NCBI GenBank assembly: GCA_937625935.1
Contig: OW569352.1
Location: forward strand, 372,001-436,000
From: Tetramitus jugosus
Taxonomy: Eukaryota > Protista > Heterolobosea
Direction of reading: 5' to 3'
DNA length: 64,000 nt
Under the pieces are notes generated by a model. That model was not told where the DNA came from, did not search any database, and was given only the letters and a program-made list of their open reading frames with translations. A program made the position numbers and the translations under genes. Below, piece by piece: positions 19,208 through 30,341 of this stretch (its first letter is position 1; every line of letters begins with the position of its first letter).

Positions 19208-20710
19208 TTATTGATGGTGGGATGATGGAGGTGGTTGTTGCTGCTGCTGATACATGGAAGCTTGTTGTTGTTGCGCAAGATGGTGAGGATAAGGATAATG
19301 ATGCGGTTGCTGAGATGGATGATGCGGATGAGGTGCCATCGCATGAGGATGATGTAGCATTGCAGGCCCCGCTCCTGGAAACACCATGCCCGTACCTGGT
19401 GGCATAATTGGTGGTTGTTGTTGTTGTTGTGATGGTGGTATGGAAGAAGATGAAGGAACTGTGCCCGGAGGTGGTACCATGGAGAGACCAGCTTGCATCG
19501 CAGCCGCAGCTGTTGTTGGATCCATCATGTGATGCGGTATCATCATGGATTGAGGTGGACCCTGTTGCTGCTGCTGTAGGTGTTGCAATTGAGAGGGATG
19601 TGGGGCATGTGGATGCTGTTGTTGCATTGGTGGTTGTGGCTGCATAGGGTGCTGCATCCGATGCATCATCTTTTGGTTGGCCTCCTTCCTCCGTTCCTCT
19701 CGCCGCACACCTTCCAACTTTAGCAACATCATTCCAATTTCATCACCCGTCTTGAGTGCATGAATCATCTTGTACATTTCCAACATGTCATTCACAATGT
19801 CCGAAATCTCACTCATGTCCACATTCAAGTCATAGAACCACTTGCGCATCCAATCCGTATCGCCCGTCGTTGTCTGATCAAACAAAATACCACACATGTA
19901 AATGGCTGCCAACGCAATGTGATGCGGTGCATACTGTAAACAAATGGTGGGACTATAGTAGCTGTCATTGATGAAATTGATGCACATTTGATAATTGGCT
20001 GTCATTTCCAAACAGGAAGCAGCAACTGCAGCATTAGTTGGCGTTGGTGTGGTAGTAGTTGTAGTTGTTGTAGGTGTGAGTGTCGGTGTACTTGTCGGTG
20101 TCGATCCAGCACTTGTCGTCGTCACACCAGACACAAAACACTGTTCCAACTGTCGAATAAACAACTCTAGTGGCTTATAGGGATGAAACACGTGCAAATG
20201 AAAGTCCAAATGTTCCATCAAGTACGCCTCACACTCAATCACCATGTGCATACCATAGGGATAATCACTTGGCAGTACCTTTACGATACTCGTCTTGTAA
20301 TTGTGCGGACATTCTTCCATTTTTGTAGCGAGAAGCAGTGCAGTGGGCGATAGCAAGTATGGATCACAATCAGTCAGTTCATTCTTAATGTAGAAGCGTC
20401 GAATATAGACAATGGCTGTGCTAATGACTCGTTGTTGCAATTGAAGCTTTTCGCCCCACTTGTGCACCATTTCAATATAGTAAAAAATGAGCATTTGTTT
20501 CTCTGTTTCGGAGAAGCGTTTCTTGTTGTGTGATGATGATGATGATGATGATTGTTGAGTGTTATTGTTGGATGATGTTGCAGTTGTTGTTGTTGTTGAT
20601 TCATCACGACTGTTGCTGCTATTGTTGGAGATGGCAAGTTGTTTCCGGTAGAGCTTTGCGAGTGGAACCCATTGTTTGAACTGGGAGGAAGTCCAATAGT
20701 TGGATGCCAT
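19208..20710 (-). CDS. CCNC: Cyclin C with a long Q/P/H-rich C-terminal tail
   Basis: MASNYWTSSQFKQW, QQRVISTAIVYIRRFY, LATKMEECP, VFHPYKPL. Confidence 0.93.
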   Translation of the reverse strand: MASNYWTSSQFKQWVPLAKLYRKQLAISNNSSNSRDESTTTTTATSSNNNTQQSSSSSSSHNKKRFSETEKQMLIFYYIEMVHKWGEKLQLQQRVISTAIVYIRRFYIKNELTDCDPYLLSPTALLLATKMEECPHNYKTSIVKVLPSDYPYGMHMVIECEAYLMEHLDFHLHVFHPYKPLELFIRQLEQCFVSGVTTTSAGSTPTSTPTLTPTTTTTTTTPTPTNAAVAASCLEMTANYQMCINFINDSYYSPTICLQYAPHHIALAAIYMCGILFDQTTTGDTDWMRKWFYDLNVDMSEISDIVNDMLEMYKMIHALKTGDEIGMMLLKLEGVRREERRKEANQKMMHRMQHPMQPQPPMQQQHPHAPHPSQLQHLQQQQQGPPQSMMIPHHMMDPTTAAAAMQAGLSMVPPPGTVPSSSSIPPSQQQQQPPIMPPGTGMVFPGAGPAMLHHPHAMAPHPHHPSQQPHHYPYPHHLAQQQQASMYQQQQQPPPSSHHQ

Positions 20711-20818
20711 ATGTGATGGTGATGATGAAAGACTGAGTGTAGGTGATGAGAACTGGAACACTAAAAAACTTTGTTTTTCGTTCTTGGTTTGATCAAAATT
20801 CTGAGGGAAGCGGAGTAA

Positions 20819-21820
20819 TTAATGAGTGGTTGGAGTTGGTGGCATACAATGCAGGGTCCAGACTCCCTTGATTCCTGCTTGGCAGTCTTTCAGTTCTTGT
20901 TGAAGCTCCAAGAGCCCTGATCCAGATTTCCACACCCTGATTGTGTTGTCCGAACCTCCTGAAACAACAAGCTCGCTTCCAAAGGTATCAATAGAAGCAC
21001 AGGTGCCATTATGAGCCTGTTGGACTGCAATAGGCTGTGTTTGTTGTCTGATATCCCACGCCAATAGCATACCATCCTGGGATCCTGTAAAGAGCTGATA
21101 ATCAAGCGAAGCAATGGAAGACAGAATTCCCTTATTTCCTCCATTGACCAGTTCGATGACTGGTTTGGTGGCAGATCTCCCAATGTCCCACAGGTAGGCG
21201 TTTGGACTATTAAAAGAAGTAGCTACCAATTCAGACGATGCCAAGGAATGGAGGGCTTGAATATAAGATGGTGCAGCACTTTCGAGGTTCACATTTGCCT
21301 CAGCAATTGGCTTATCCCATTCTGTGCTCCATTGTTGGAGCAATCCTTTTAGGCTCAAACTATAGAATTGATTTTGATTCTTTGGGTCATTGTCTAGAGA
21401 GATGAAGCAGTTACTTCCTGAAACAACGTATTCACTCTCCAACACCTTGAAGCACACTGGTGTCGAACTTTGCAAAGAAGACAAGTCCCACAGTCGAATG
21501 GTACAGTCCCAGGAACCACTGACCAACACAGAACTATTCTTGATCGATGTGAGTGATCTCACAGTTTGGGCATGGCCTTGCAATGTGAACAGAGACTCAT
21601 TATGATCATGGTCACCATCTGCAACAAGCCAACAACAAATGGAACTATCGATAGAACCACTGAACAAGTATCTACTACCCTGAATTTCTGTTCCATGTAG
21701 TACTTCCACACCTTGTTTGTTGCCACTCAGTGGAAGTTTGATTTCGTGTTGTCCAATGTGAGAATCAAGATCCCATCTATTGACGAACGTGTCCTTGGTC
21801 GATGCAGAAGCAATGATCAT
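20819..21820 (-). CDS. WD40-repeat protein
   Basis: GH...SGSWDCTIRLWD, TGSQDGMLLAWD, SGGSDNTIRVWK; probable ATG at 21820. Confidence 0.88.
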   Translation of the reverse strand: MIIASASTKDTFVNRWDLDSHIGQHEIKLPLSGNKQGVEVLHGTEIQGSRYLFSGSIDSSICCWLVADGDHDHNESLFTLQGHAQTVRSLTSIKNSSVLVSGSWDCTIRLWDLSSLQSSTPVCFKVLESEYVVSGSNCFISLDNDPKNQNQFYSLSLKGLLQQWSTEWDKPIAEANVNLESAAPSYIQALHSLASSELVATSFNSPNAYLWDIGRSATKPVIELVNGGNKGILSSIASLDYQLFTGSQDGMLLAWDIRQQTQPIAVQQAHNGTCASIDTFGSELVVSGGSDNTIRVWKSGSGLLELQQELKDCQAGIKGVWTLHCMPPTPTTH

Positions 21821-21941
21821 ATCTTCCTTGTTGTTGTGAATGTTTATTGTTTTTCGGCTGTGTGAAAATCCAATTGCCATAAGAATGCAAGAAACCAGGT
21901 TTTTGCGCAAGTTCTGTTGCCCCAGCTGGAAAAGCCGCGGG

Positions 21942-24240
21942 TCACCACTCAATATCGTTCTGATTTCTGAACTCATCCAACCAATATTTCACTTTCTTCT
22001 TTAGGTCTTGTCCAATGGCATTCTTTTCCCGTTCCTCTTTCTGATTTATAACAAACTGTTGCCACTGTCTGAGGTAGTGCCTCATGTTGAACAGCTTGGC
22101 AAACTGGTTGGCCAATTTGTCTTTTTCATATTCTTCAAGCAATCTCTGTTCTCGACTCCTTTCATAGGCTGTCCTCCATTGGCAGAAGATATGCTTGGAC
22201 TCATTGAAAGAGTGTAACTTGTCTGCTTGCTGAATCCAGTTGACAATTTGATCAAATCTTGAAACAATCTGACGGAAGGCTTGCCTAATTAAGCGTAAGT
22301 TTACCTTGTGAGTAAACACTTCTTCACACCTTCGTCGCTCCTCTACTTTAATGAGTTTCATCTCCTTGGTATGGCGTACTAGAGCTCTAAAACATCTACA
22401 TAAAATTCCAGATTCATAGTATCTTGTTGCTTCGAGCATAATCTCAGTTCTCTTCTCAAGCAATTTCTTAAGAGGTATCCAACCGTAATACTTCATCACT
22501 GATCTGCGATAATGATCATAGGCCTTTCTATTCTTTTCAATCACTGCCTGTTTCTTTCTCTCTATCTCTTCCTGCTTCAGTCTAACCAGCTCTTTTTCTT
22601 TCTTCTTCTCTTCCATAATAAGTCTCTTCTTCTCAACTTCTTCGGCTTGAACTCTCTCTTCTTCTTCTTTCTTTCGCTTCTCTTTCTCCTCTTCCTGTTG
22701 TTTATATTTTTGTTGTAACTTCTCACGACCCTCTTTTCTCTCTGCTTGTCGTTGCTCCATTGTGACCAAGAACGCAGGATGCTTGAACTCCTGTTTCTTC
22801 GCGTTAGGATTTGGAATTGATACCACTTCAGGAGAAGAATTATTAATATTGCCCTCCATACTCTTGATATCCTGAATGGTATCCGGTGGTAGAACAGCCT
22901 GATGAATGGTTGTAACCTCACATGCTTCTGATTGTGCATTCACAAGATTCTGTTCCTTCGGTATTGATTCGAGAGAAGGTCCATGTACGTTCGGTGTCAC
23001 TTCTTGTAGAGTATTCAATACTGGTTGATTAATCTTACTAAAGTTTGCTAAGAAAGATTCCATCTTTTGTCTCCGTCTTTCATGCTGTGCATGAATAATT
23101 CGCTTTTCTTTGTGAATCTTATAGAGTGTCATCCACCGAATAAGGTAACGAGACAATGTTCGTAATCTATTAAACTTTGACGCTGCATCTTCTCTTTTCT
23201 GTTGTTCCCTCATATTCTTCTCAATCAATTGTTGCTCTCTCAATGATCTTCGAGATTCCACATGCTTTCGCAGTTGTGCAAATGCTTTCCTCTTCAGCTT
23301 CCAGATTGATACTGATTGTACTCGCTTATGTCGTTCAATCCGAGGTTTTGTTTTTCGATACCATTTTGAGAACACATCTCGAATTGCTTTTAATCTTTTC
23401 GTAACTAACAACTCCTGCAAGATCTCACCAATAATCTTTTCGCGTTTCATATATTGAGCTTTAATAAGATCATCCTGTTGCTTCTTGATCTTTTCAATCT
23501 CCTTCCGCATCGAATTGTTCTCTTTCATAGCTTGTAATTCTTCTTTCCTCCTTTCCTTCAACTTTTCGAGCTGAGATTTCTCAAAATCGATCTGCTTTCG
23601 TAAGGATTCTACTTCCTCCTTTAATATTCGCTCCTTTTCTCGATCAGATACTGAGATAGACGTAACAGTATTTTTTGGTGTATATACATTCTTATTCTTG
23701 CCAGTTCCATTTGTCCAACTGTTGGAGGATAGTTGATTCTGCTCTTTAATCAATGAATCTCTCATGTTGATCAAGTCTCTCAACCGTTGCACATGACACA
23801 ACTCTTCCTCCTTTTTCGCTTCGATACTTACATCTGTTTTCACAATCAAAGTTGGTTTTTGCGTCCTCTCTGCTTGAGCTCCATTTACACGACTAGAAGC
23901 CCAATGATACTTTGGTGGATTTGGCACCGGAGAGATCAAACTCGGAGCTACTTGTTGAGAAAGAGAAGGTGATAATAGAGATGCTATCGTTGTCGCTGTC
24001 GTTGATTTAGCATTCATCGTTCTTTGTTTCGGTTTAGGTGGAGGGGATTTAGAGCTAGAAGTTTTTCTATGCTTAACAAGCTCTTCTTTACTATCATCTG
24101 ACTTCAACCATGTTTTCAACAAATTCTTTGCTTGGGAGCTGATTGTTAGCACTGAGTAGAGTGACTGGTGAACGATATGGTTGAAGGAACTGAAAACGCT
24201 TACCTTCCAATTGAATTTGTTGATCAATTGATTCGTTCAT
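21942..24240 (-). CDS. CCDC191-like coiled-coil protein, probable short first exon
   Basis: 'FLVTMEQRQAERK' and 'MKYYGWIPLKKL' recall CCDC191; Sfi1-like F..W repeats; GTAAGC intron near 24153-24203. Confidence 0.65.
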
Positions 24241-24400
24241 ATTTATTAACAACCTTGCGAGTGTTCCTCTGCAGCGTTCGACAACCAAATTTTTCTTCTG
24301 CTCGTAGATTTGTCGGGGGTCTCGCGAATTTTTCTCAGCTGTCTGACCACGCTGATATTATTGCTATATCCACTATATTTAAATTCGATTAGTTCTTGGT

Positions 24401-25486
24401 TCACCTACCCTGCAGCACTGACTGTAATCGCTCAACATCATCCATGTCTTCGTCCTCATCGTCCTCGTCCAGATATTCTCCCATACCGTCTTCTTCTCCA
24501 TTGTCATCCATCGCTGCTTCCTCACCATCATACTCTTCACCGTAGTCATTCTCATGATTGTCGCTTCTTTGATCCATTATAATTACTTGATTATCATCGG
24601 ACGAGCGAATCAAATCATTTGTCGAAGAAGAAGCGGCTGAAGGCATGGTGGATAAAAGAGCAGGATCCGTATCATATGAGGTACCATCGATCATTGTACC
24701 ATACAGATGAACAGCCGGAGCACCAAACACCTCTGTTCCACTGCTGAGACCATACTGGTCACCCTCGTGATCATACATGTTAAAGTGGTGATAATCATCA
24801 GATTGGTTACCACTCATTCCTCTCTGTATCGCATCCACATCTAACACCACTGAACCAGACAGTGATGACAATGAAGATGATGCAGCAGCAGCAGCATGAT
24901 TCAACGATGACATACTGTCCATCATTATACTACTACTACTACTACTGCTACCAGAAACAATAGCAGATCCATTGGTAATTCTCTGCACAAAATCATTGAG
25001 ACTCGCATCCAATCGAACACTATTCTGAGCACGAACATTACTACTGTCCACATGAATCACACTTTCACCAACATGACTCGTCGTCTGTTGTTGTTGCTGT
25101 TGACGCAACATGTTTTCATAAAATTGCAACTGTCTCTGCAAAATCTTCTCTTCAATCTGCAGTTTTGACATTTGATCCGTAATCTCCGAATGTACTCGAT
25201 TCAACCCCTCATACTCAACTTCCAACTCTCTCAGCATGAACAGTGCTTTACCCTGTGGATCTATATCATTCTTTGCAAAAATGTCGTTGCTCGATGCGAT
25301 TCGCTTCTTTTCTTCTTGTTCTTCTCGCTGTTTCCTCCGTCGTTCCAACTCCTCTCTCACTTCTCGTTGTCTCTGCTGTGCCTGTGTTTGTTGTGTTTGA
25401 GCAATTTCGGATGCTTCGGTCAATGTTTTCTTCTTTGTTTGAAGTTTGTTGGCCAATGGCACTGGATGAATACTACTACTGCTCAT
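24401..25486 (-). CDS. Protein with SNAPC5-like coiled coil and acidic tail
   Basis: LRELEVEYEGLNRVHSEITDQMSKLQIEEKILQ; D/E-rich C-terminus. Confidence 0.5.
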   Translation of the reverse strand: MSSSSIHPVPLANKLQTKKKTLTEASEIAQTQQTQAQQRQREVREELERRRKQREEQEEKKRIASSNDIFAKNDIDPQGKALFMLRELEVEYEGLNRVHSEITDQMSKLQIEEKILQRQLQFYENMLRQQQQQQTTSHVGESVIHVDSSNVRAQNSVRLDASLNDFVQRITNGSAIVSGSSSSSSSIMMDSMSSLNHAAAAASSSLSSLSGSVVLDVDAIQRGMSGNQSDDYHHFNMYDHEGDQYGLSSGTEVFGAPAVHLYGTMIDGTSYDTDPALLSTMPSAASSSTNDLIRSSDDNQVIIMDQRSDNHENDYGEEYDGEEAAMDDNGEEDGMGEYLDEDDEDEDMDDVERLQSVLQGR

Positions 25487-25657
25487 TTGTGTTGTTGTGG
25501 GTGATTTTTAAAGCATGCGTTGTGTTGTGCTCACTTTTTTTTGATTTGTTGAAAGTTCCTTTTTTGAAGTGAACTGCACAAGAAGAAAAGTTACAGCGGA
25601 TTGCTCGATGATTTTTCAGGAGTTTATTGTACATGTGAGATTGATCTTGGTTGTTCA

Positions 25658-25918
25658 TCAAGCAGCATCTTCTGTAGCCTTGATATTTCCCAAGACGTCT
25701 TTGATATGGGGTCGATGGTGAGGATGCTCCACATGTTCCTCAGGTTCAGGTGTCTTCTGACTTGTCAATTTGACCAGAGAGTTGTGTTGGACCGTGGAGT
25801 ACTCGTTCACTCCTGTTGGCCACTTGAAACGACCACGAGACCAAGTGTCTGAGAGTGTTGCACGCGGAGGAGCTGGTTCTTCTGCCTTTTTCTTGCTTAC
25901 AAATGGAAAGAATGACAT
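25658..25918 (-). CDS. Small uncharacterised protein (86 aa)
   Basis: ATG-started ORF with protein-like composition and CA-rich leader like neighbouring genes. Confidence 0.6.
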   Translation of the reverse strand: MSFFPFVSKKKAEEPAPPRATLSDTWSRGRFKWPTGVNEYSTVQHNSLVKLTSQKTPEPEEHVEHPHHRPHIKDVLGNIKATEDAA

Positions 25919-26322
25919 ATTGTATCGATATTGGATGATTGGTTGTATGATGTAGCAGAGTTTGATTTTGATTGTGTTTTAACAGTTCATGAACACGCTC
26001 AAACTCTTTGCTTTATAAATATGTGATCAAACATTGGTTGACTAATAATACAATGAAAAAACAACCCCGTCGTATCAAAAACAAAGTTTACAATGCGCCA
26101 ATGGGACATACACCCACTTATTATCCGTGATCATGCGCAGCAAAGTGAATTCGATACTTATTACTATTTCAAGCATCTTCTCATCCATCCATCCAATTGT
26201 GTTACTAATTGCCAAACATACAAAATATTGAGTACAAGTACAACGAGCTTCCTTTTATTCCACGCACTTGCAGATAACAAGGCCGCTAAAATCTACAAAC
26301 AATAATAATGACAAGGCATTTT

Positions 26323-26691
26323 CTAATCTTCTTCTTCCTTTGGAGCAATAGAGCTCACTCCAGTCGAGAGAGAGAACCCAAGGTAACCAGAAACCAAAAA
26401 GATGACTGTAGCTGTCAATGCATTGGACAATGAGGAGCTTGCAGATTGTTTTTGATAGAATGCCTCTTCTTGTTCAATACCCATGCTCTTGATTGGCTTT
26501 GGATTGTAGAAATATTGAGATACTCTCTGTCTCAACCCATATTTGCTGTATTGGAACACTTGGGCAGCATCTTGTGGAGTAGCAGCCACATGCTTTTGTC
26601 GATGTATCACTGTTGCTGGTGTTGATGTAGCAACTCTTGTGTTGGATGCTCTCATCATGAGAGATATTGCTGGTCGTGATGTTCTGATCAT
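26323..26691 (-). CDS. Small single-TM protein with mitochondrial-type presequence (EMRE-like features)
   Basis: R/S/T/A-rich acid-free N-terminus, PKP motif, TM with YLGFSLS, acidic end PKEEED. Confidence 0.65.
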   Translation of the reverse strand: MIRTSRPAISLMMRASNTRVATSTPATVIHRQKHVAATPQDAAQVFQYSKYGLRQRVSQYFYNPKPIKSMGIEQEEAFYQKQSASSSLSNALTATVIFLVSGYLGFSLSTGVSSIAPKEEED

Positions 26692-27114
26692 GTTTGGTTG
26701 TTGTTGTTGTTTGTGAACGTTATCTATGTTGTTGTTTTTGCTTTTTTTGCTCTTTGTTTGTGGGTGTTGCAGGCGAACTTGAGAGTTCATAATCAGGAGG
26801 TTCGATTGACAGACCAGAACAAATTACAATTGAGTTAACCTTTATTTCATATCAATTGAGTAATGAAAAGGCAAATAAAGATGATATGGAATTATAGAAC
26901 CTCTGGATGGCTGTTTGTGCTTCTCCTCAAAGAACAAAGAGGTGTTGGTGGTAGTCGAAATGAAATGTTATCATGTGTGTGAATAAGCAAAAATGTTTGT
27001 CTGGGGCGAGCATGTGAAACACCAAAAACTGCATGTGGTTGGTTCACAAGAATATGCTTGAGTGCTCAGTAAATGGGCCGCGAACAACCAAAGTCTCCTT
27101 TCTCTCTGCTTGTC

Positions 27115-28056
27115 TTACCAGAACACAGACGTTAGCTTCTTCAAGAAGCCACCACCATTGTCCTCTTCAGCCTTCTTTTGTGCAGAAGACGACGACGACT
27201 TGCTTGTCTCCTTCCTCTTCTTCAGTCTGTCTTCTCTGCTGACAGACACAAGAGACTTCTTATAGTCACTCATGTTGTTCGATGAGGAATTGTCTCTCTT
27301 GAGGTACTCTGGCTTCTTTCCATTATTCACATTTAACACATTTTCGTTATTGTACTCTGTTTCACAGATTGAATCTTGCAAAACAGTGACTTTTCCAAAT
27401 TCAGACAACTCTACAATCAGATTCTCAGTCTTTGATCTCGTATAGACAGACACATAGTCTCCTTCAATGTTAAACTTGTATGAAATGGTTCCAGAATTCT
27501 TCAACAAAACATTTTCAATCGTTTTTCTATTCTGAACTAAATTATCGAGTTGGAATTGAACAGTGTGCTTCTTTCTCATCTTTTCCTTCTCCTTCTTGTC
27601 TTGTGTTTTAACGTCTTGAGGCTGTAATCGTTTCAATAGCTCTTCACAATGGTGTTCCATATTTTTCTTCATTTTGAGCACAAATTCATCCTCGAGTTTC
27701 ACACCTCCTTGATGATCATTGTGTGCTGATGATTGTGTGTTGAGAGGAGAGGCCGCTCTCTCAGTCACACCACCATGGCCATCCTCTGATGTAATGCATG
27801 CAAAAGTGTGTTGAACAGTGGAGAGCAAATTTGGTTCAGAGGCAAGCAACTGAAGATTCGATTCTTCTTCACTCAACAAGTACAGTGTCTCAATTGCGAG
27901 TGCACTCACTTGAGAACCAGGTTGACTCTGATTCAAAAATTGAACGAGTGAAGCAGGAACACCTCTTCTGCAAATGACTGCACGATTGGATGGTGAAAGA
28001 GCAAGTGTTCTAAGCTTCAAAACAACTCTTGTTGGATCAATAATGTTCGCTGACAT
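27115..28056 (-). CDS. ARMC1: Armadillo repeat-containing protein 1-like
   Basis: LRTLALSPSNRAVI...SLVQFL, HMA-like middle domain, PEYL, C-terminal GGFLKKLTSVFW. Confidence 0.75.
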   Translation of the reverse strand: MSANIIDPTRVVLKLRTLALSPSNRAVICRRGVPASLVQFLNQSQPGSQVSALAIETLYLLSEEESNLQLLASEPNLLSTVQHTFACITSEDGHGGVTERAASPLNTQSSAHNDHQGGVKLEDEFVLKMKKNMEHHCEELLKRLQPQDVKTQDKKEKEKMRKKHTVQFQLDNLVQNRKTIENVLLKNSGTISYKFNIEGDYVSVYTRSKTENLIVELSEFGKVTVLQDSICETEYNNENVLNVNNGKKPEYLKRDNSSSNNMSDYKKSLVSVSREDRLKKRKETSKSSSSSAQKKAEEDNGGGFLKKLTSVFW

Positions 28057-28782
28057 GATATAGTATTATTGTTGTTGTTGTTGCTGTTTTTTTTTGTTGT
28101 TGTTTGGTGGATGATGTGAAAGTTTGGGCTGTCGAAAAAAGCTTTTTTGTTCACGCGTGAATGACAAACTGTTATGATATCGTAGGAATGATAGTATTGA
28201 TTGTCGTCCAAAGAATGAATGAGTGCTGGTTGGGGGTAACTGGACACTCAAAGCGTGAAAATAAAATAATGAAGGTTGTTCGAATGTTTTACGTTATGAA
28301 TTCGCACAATCCAAAAACACGCAAAATTTTTTGTTTTACAATGACATCGGATTAACGGTTATGTTTCGTTGGCGCCAAAAAAAATTCTGATGCAAAAACA
28401 TCCGTCAGACACCACCTCTTACGATTATTTTGTCCTGTTCTTATACTTCACTTTGGGTCATGGATTCCTCGATAATCAACCCAACCGAGCAACCTTTAGG
28501 AATTGTTGAAGAGATTTAGTAAAATCTAAGTTGACTTGTCGCATAACAAAGAGCAAAGTCTTGCCTGCCAGTAAGGTACTTTTCTTGGTGCTAAAGAGCT
28601 TGTAAACGACATCTCCTTGTTTTGTTTGTGGAATCACACATCACTTGTCAGGGAACGATGGATTTCCAGACAAGGAAAGTCCGAATACCGGGACACTCCT
28701 CTCCAAGGCAGATATGCATCAACACCTTTGTCGCTTTAGTTCTGTCAACAACACAAAAAGAACACACTTCCTACCTTTAACC

Positions 28783-30276
28783 ATGTCACTTTTGAATGTT
28801 CTTTCGATACTTGCGGGTGTTGCTCTCGTGACCTATGCCGCACTTCTCGTCGTGTTGAACAAGATCCACCTGACACCACTGTTCTTCGATCACAAGAAGA
28901 AGAATCGTCCAAGGCTCATCTCAGGCTACATTCCGTATCTAGGAGTTGTCGCTGATTTTAGCAAGAATCCATATGAATATATTCAGTCCTTGAGAGAGAA
29001 GTACAAGGAAGATATCTTCACTATCTACGTCATGGGTCGATTCATGACATTTGTGTGTCACCCAAAGGACATCTCTTCCATTTTCTCTAGTCCCAAGAAT
29101 TTTGAAATGCACGAATTAGCTGTTATTCTCAGTGAGAAACTCTTTGGTCTTTCAAAGGAAACTTCACACATGGAAGATTTGACTCATGCGTCTAACAAGT
29201 TGATCACAAAGCACCTTCAGAATGATGATTTGCCACTTCTGACAGCAAGAGCCCAAATGAAGTTAGAGAGTTGTCTAGTGAGCGATACCACACCCAAGGA
29301 TGCAGATGGTTGGAGAGAGGCACCACTATCTAAATTTGCGGCCAAGTTAATTTCTGATGCCAGTACATTTGCTCTGTTTGGTGATGGCTTGCCATATGAT
29401 CAAGTATTGGAGTTTTTCACCAATTTTGATGCTCATATGCTACTATTGGCTAGCGAGCTGCCTGATGTCCTCAAGAAGAAGGCATTCGAAGACCGAAAGA
29501 GATACAATGATCTATTCAAGGCTCCTCTCCATGAAGAAGCATGTCCACTAGTAAAGGAGAGAGCAGTTCTTTATGAAGAGGTCAACGAAGATGATGCGGC
29601 AGCTGCCCAGATGGTTCTAAATTGGCTAAGTTTGGTGAACACTACGATTGCTACATTCTGGGCCATGTACTTTTTGATGAAATTACCTCCAAAGTATTCC
29701 CAAGAAATTGTAGAGGAGGCTCAGAGCGTGTTGAAGGAGGTAGATCACTTGAAGAGCACTGATGCATTGCTCCCTCCACTGAGTCATGAGTTGCTGAACA
29801 AGATGCCGAAATTGGATTCATTGATCGATGAAACATTGAGAGTGAGCTCTCTCAGTTTTGTTGCCAGGAGAGCTAGTGACAACCTAAAGTTCGCTGATCA
29901 CAAAGGTAATGTGTTCAAACTCTTCAAGGAAGAAAACATTATGTTAGTACCTTCTCATAACGATCCAGAAATTTTCGAGAATCCGTCAGAGTTCCAGCCA
30001 TATCGTTTCTTGAACAAGGCAGAGCAAAAGTGGACAAAAGATGGAGATAGGATCAAGCTGTCCGGTGCATTTGTTGTTTTTGGAGGTGGTGTGCACCAAT
30101 GCCCAGGTAGATTCTTTGCCAAGAATGAAATGAAATTGATTGCTTGCATACTGCTGCAAGTCTTGGAGTTCCAGCTCGTAAGTACAGAAGAACCTGTCCT
30201 AGATGAGAAAAAGGCTGGCTTACTGTTCATGTCCTCCAAGAATGACGTAACGATCAAGTATCGATTCAAAAAGTAA
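28783..30276 (+). CDS. Cytochrome P450, CYP7/8/39-like
   Basis: N-terminal TM, GYIPYLG, ETLR, FQPYRF, heme motif FGGGVHQCPGRFFA; I-helix WLSLVNT. Confidence 0.92.
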   Translation: MSLLNVLSILAGVALVTYAALLVVLNKIHLTPLFFDHKKKNRPRLISGYIPYLGVVADFSKNPYEYIQSLREKYKEDIFTIYVMGRFMTFVCHPKDISSIFSSPKNFEMHELAVILSEKLFGLSKETSHMEDLTHASNKLITKHLQNDDLPLLTARAQMKLESCLVSDTTPKDADGWREAPLSKFAAKLISDASTFALFGDGLPYDQVLEFFTNFDAHMLLLASELPDVLKKKAFEDRKRYNDLFKAPLHEEACPLVKERAVLYEEVNEDDAAAAQMVLNWLSLVNTTIATFWAMYFLMKLPPKYSQEIVEEAQSVLKEVDHLKSTDALLPPLSHELLNKMPKLDSLIDETLRVSSLSFVARRASDNLKFADHKGNVFKLFKEENIMLVPSHNDPEIFENPSEFQPYRFLNKAEQKWTKDGDRIKLSGAFVVFGGGVHQCPGRFFAKNEMKLIACILLQVLEFQLVSTEEPVLDEKKAGLLFMSSKNDVTIKYRFKK

Positions 30277-30341
30277 TTTTCCGGTCGTTTACGATCTCTA
30301 CCACCAAAACAACTCGACGCAATAAAGGAAGAATAAAAGAT

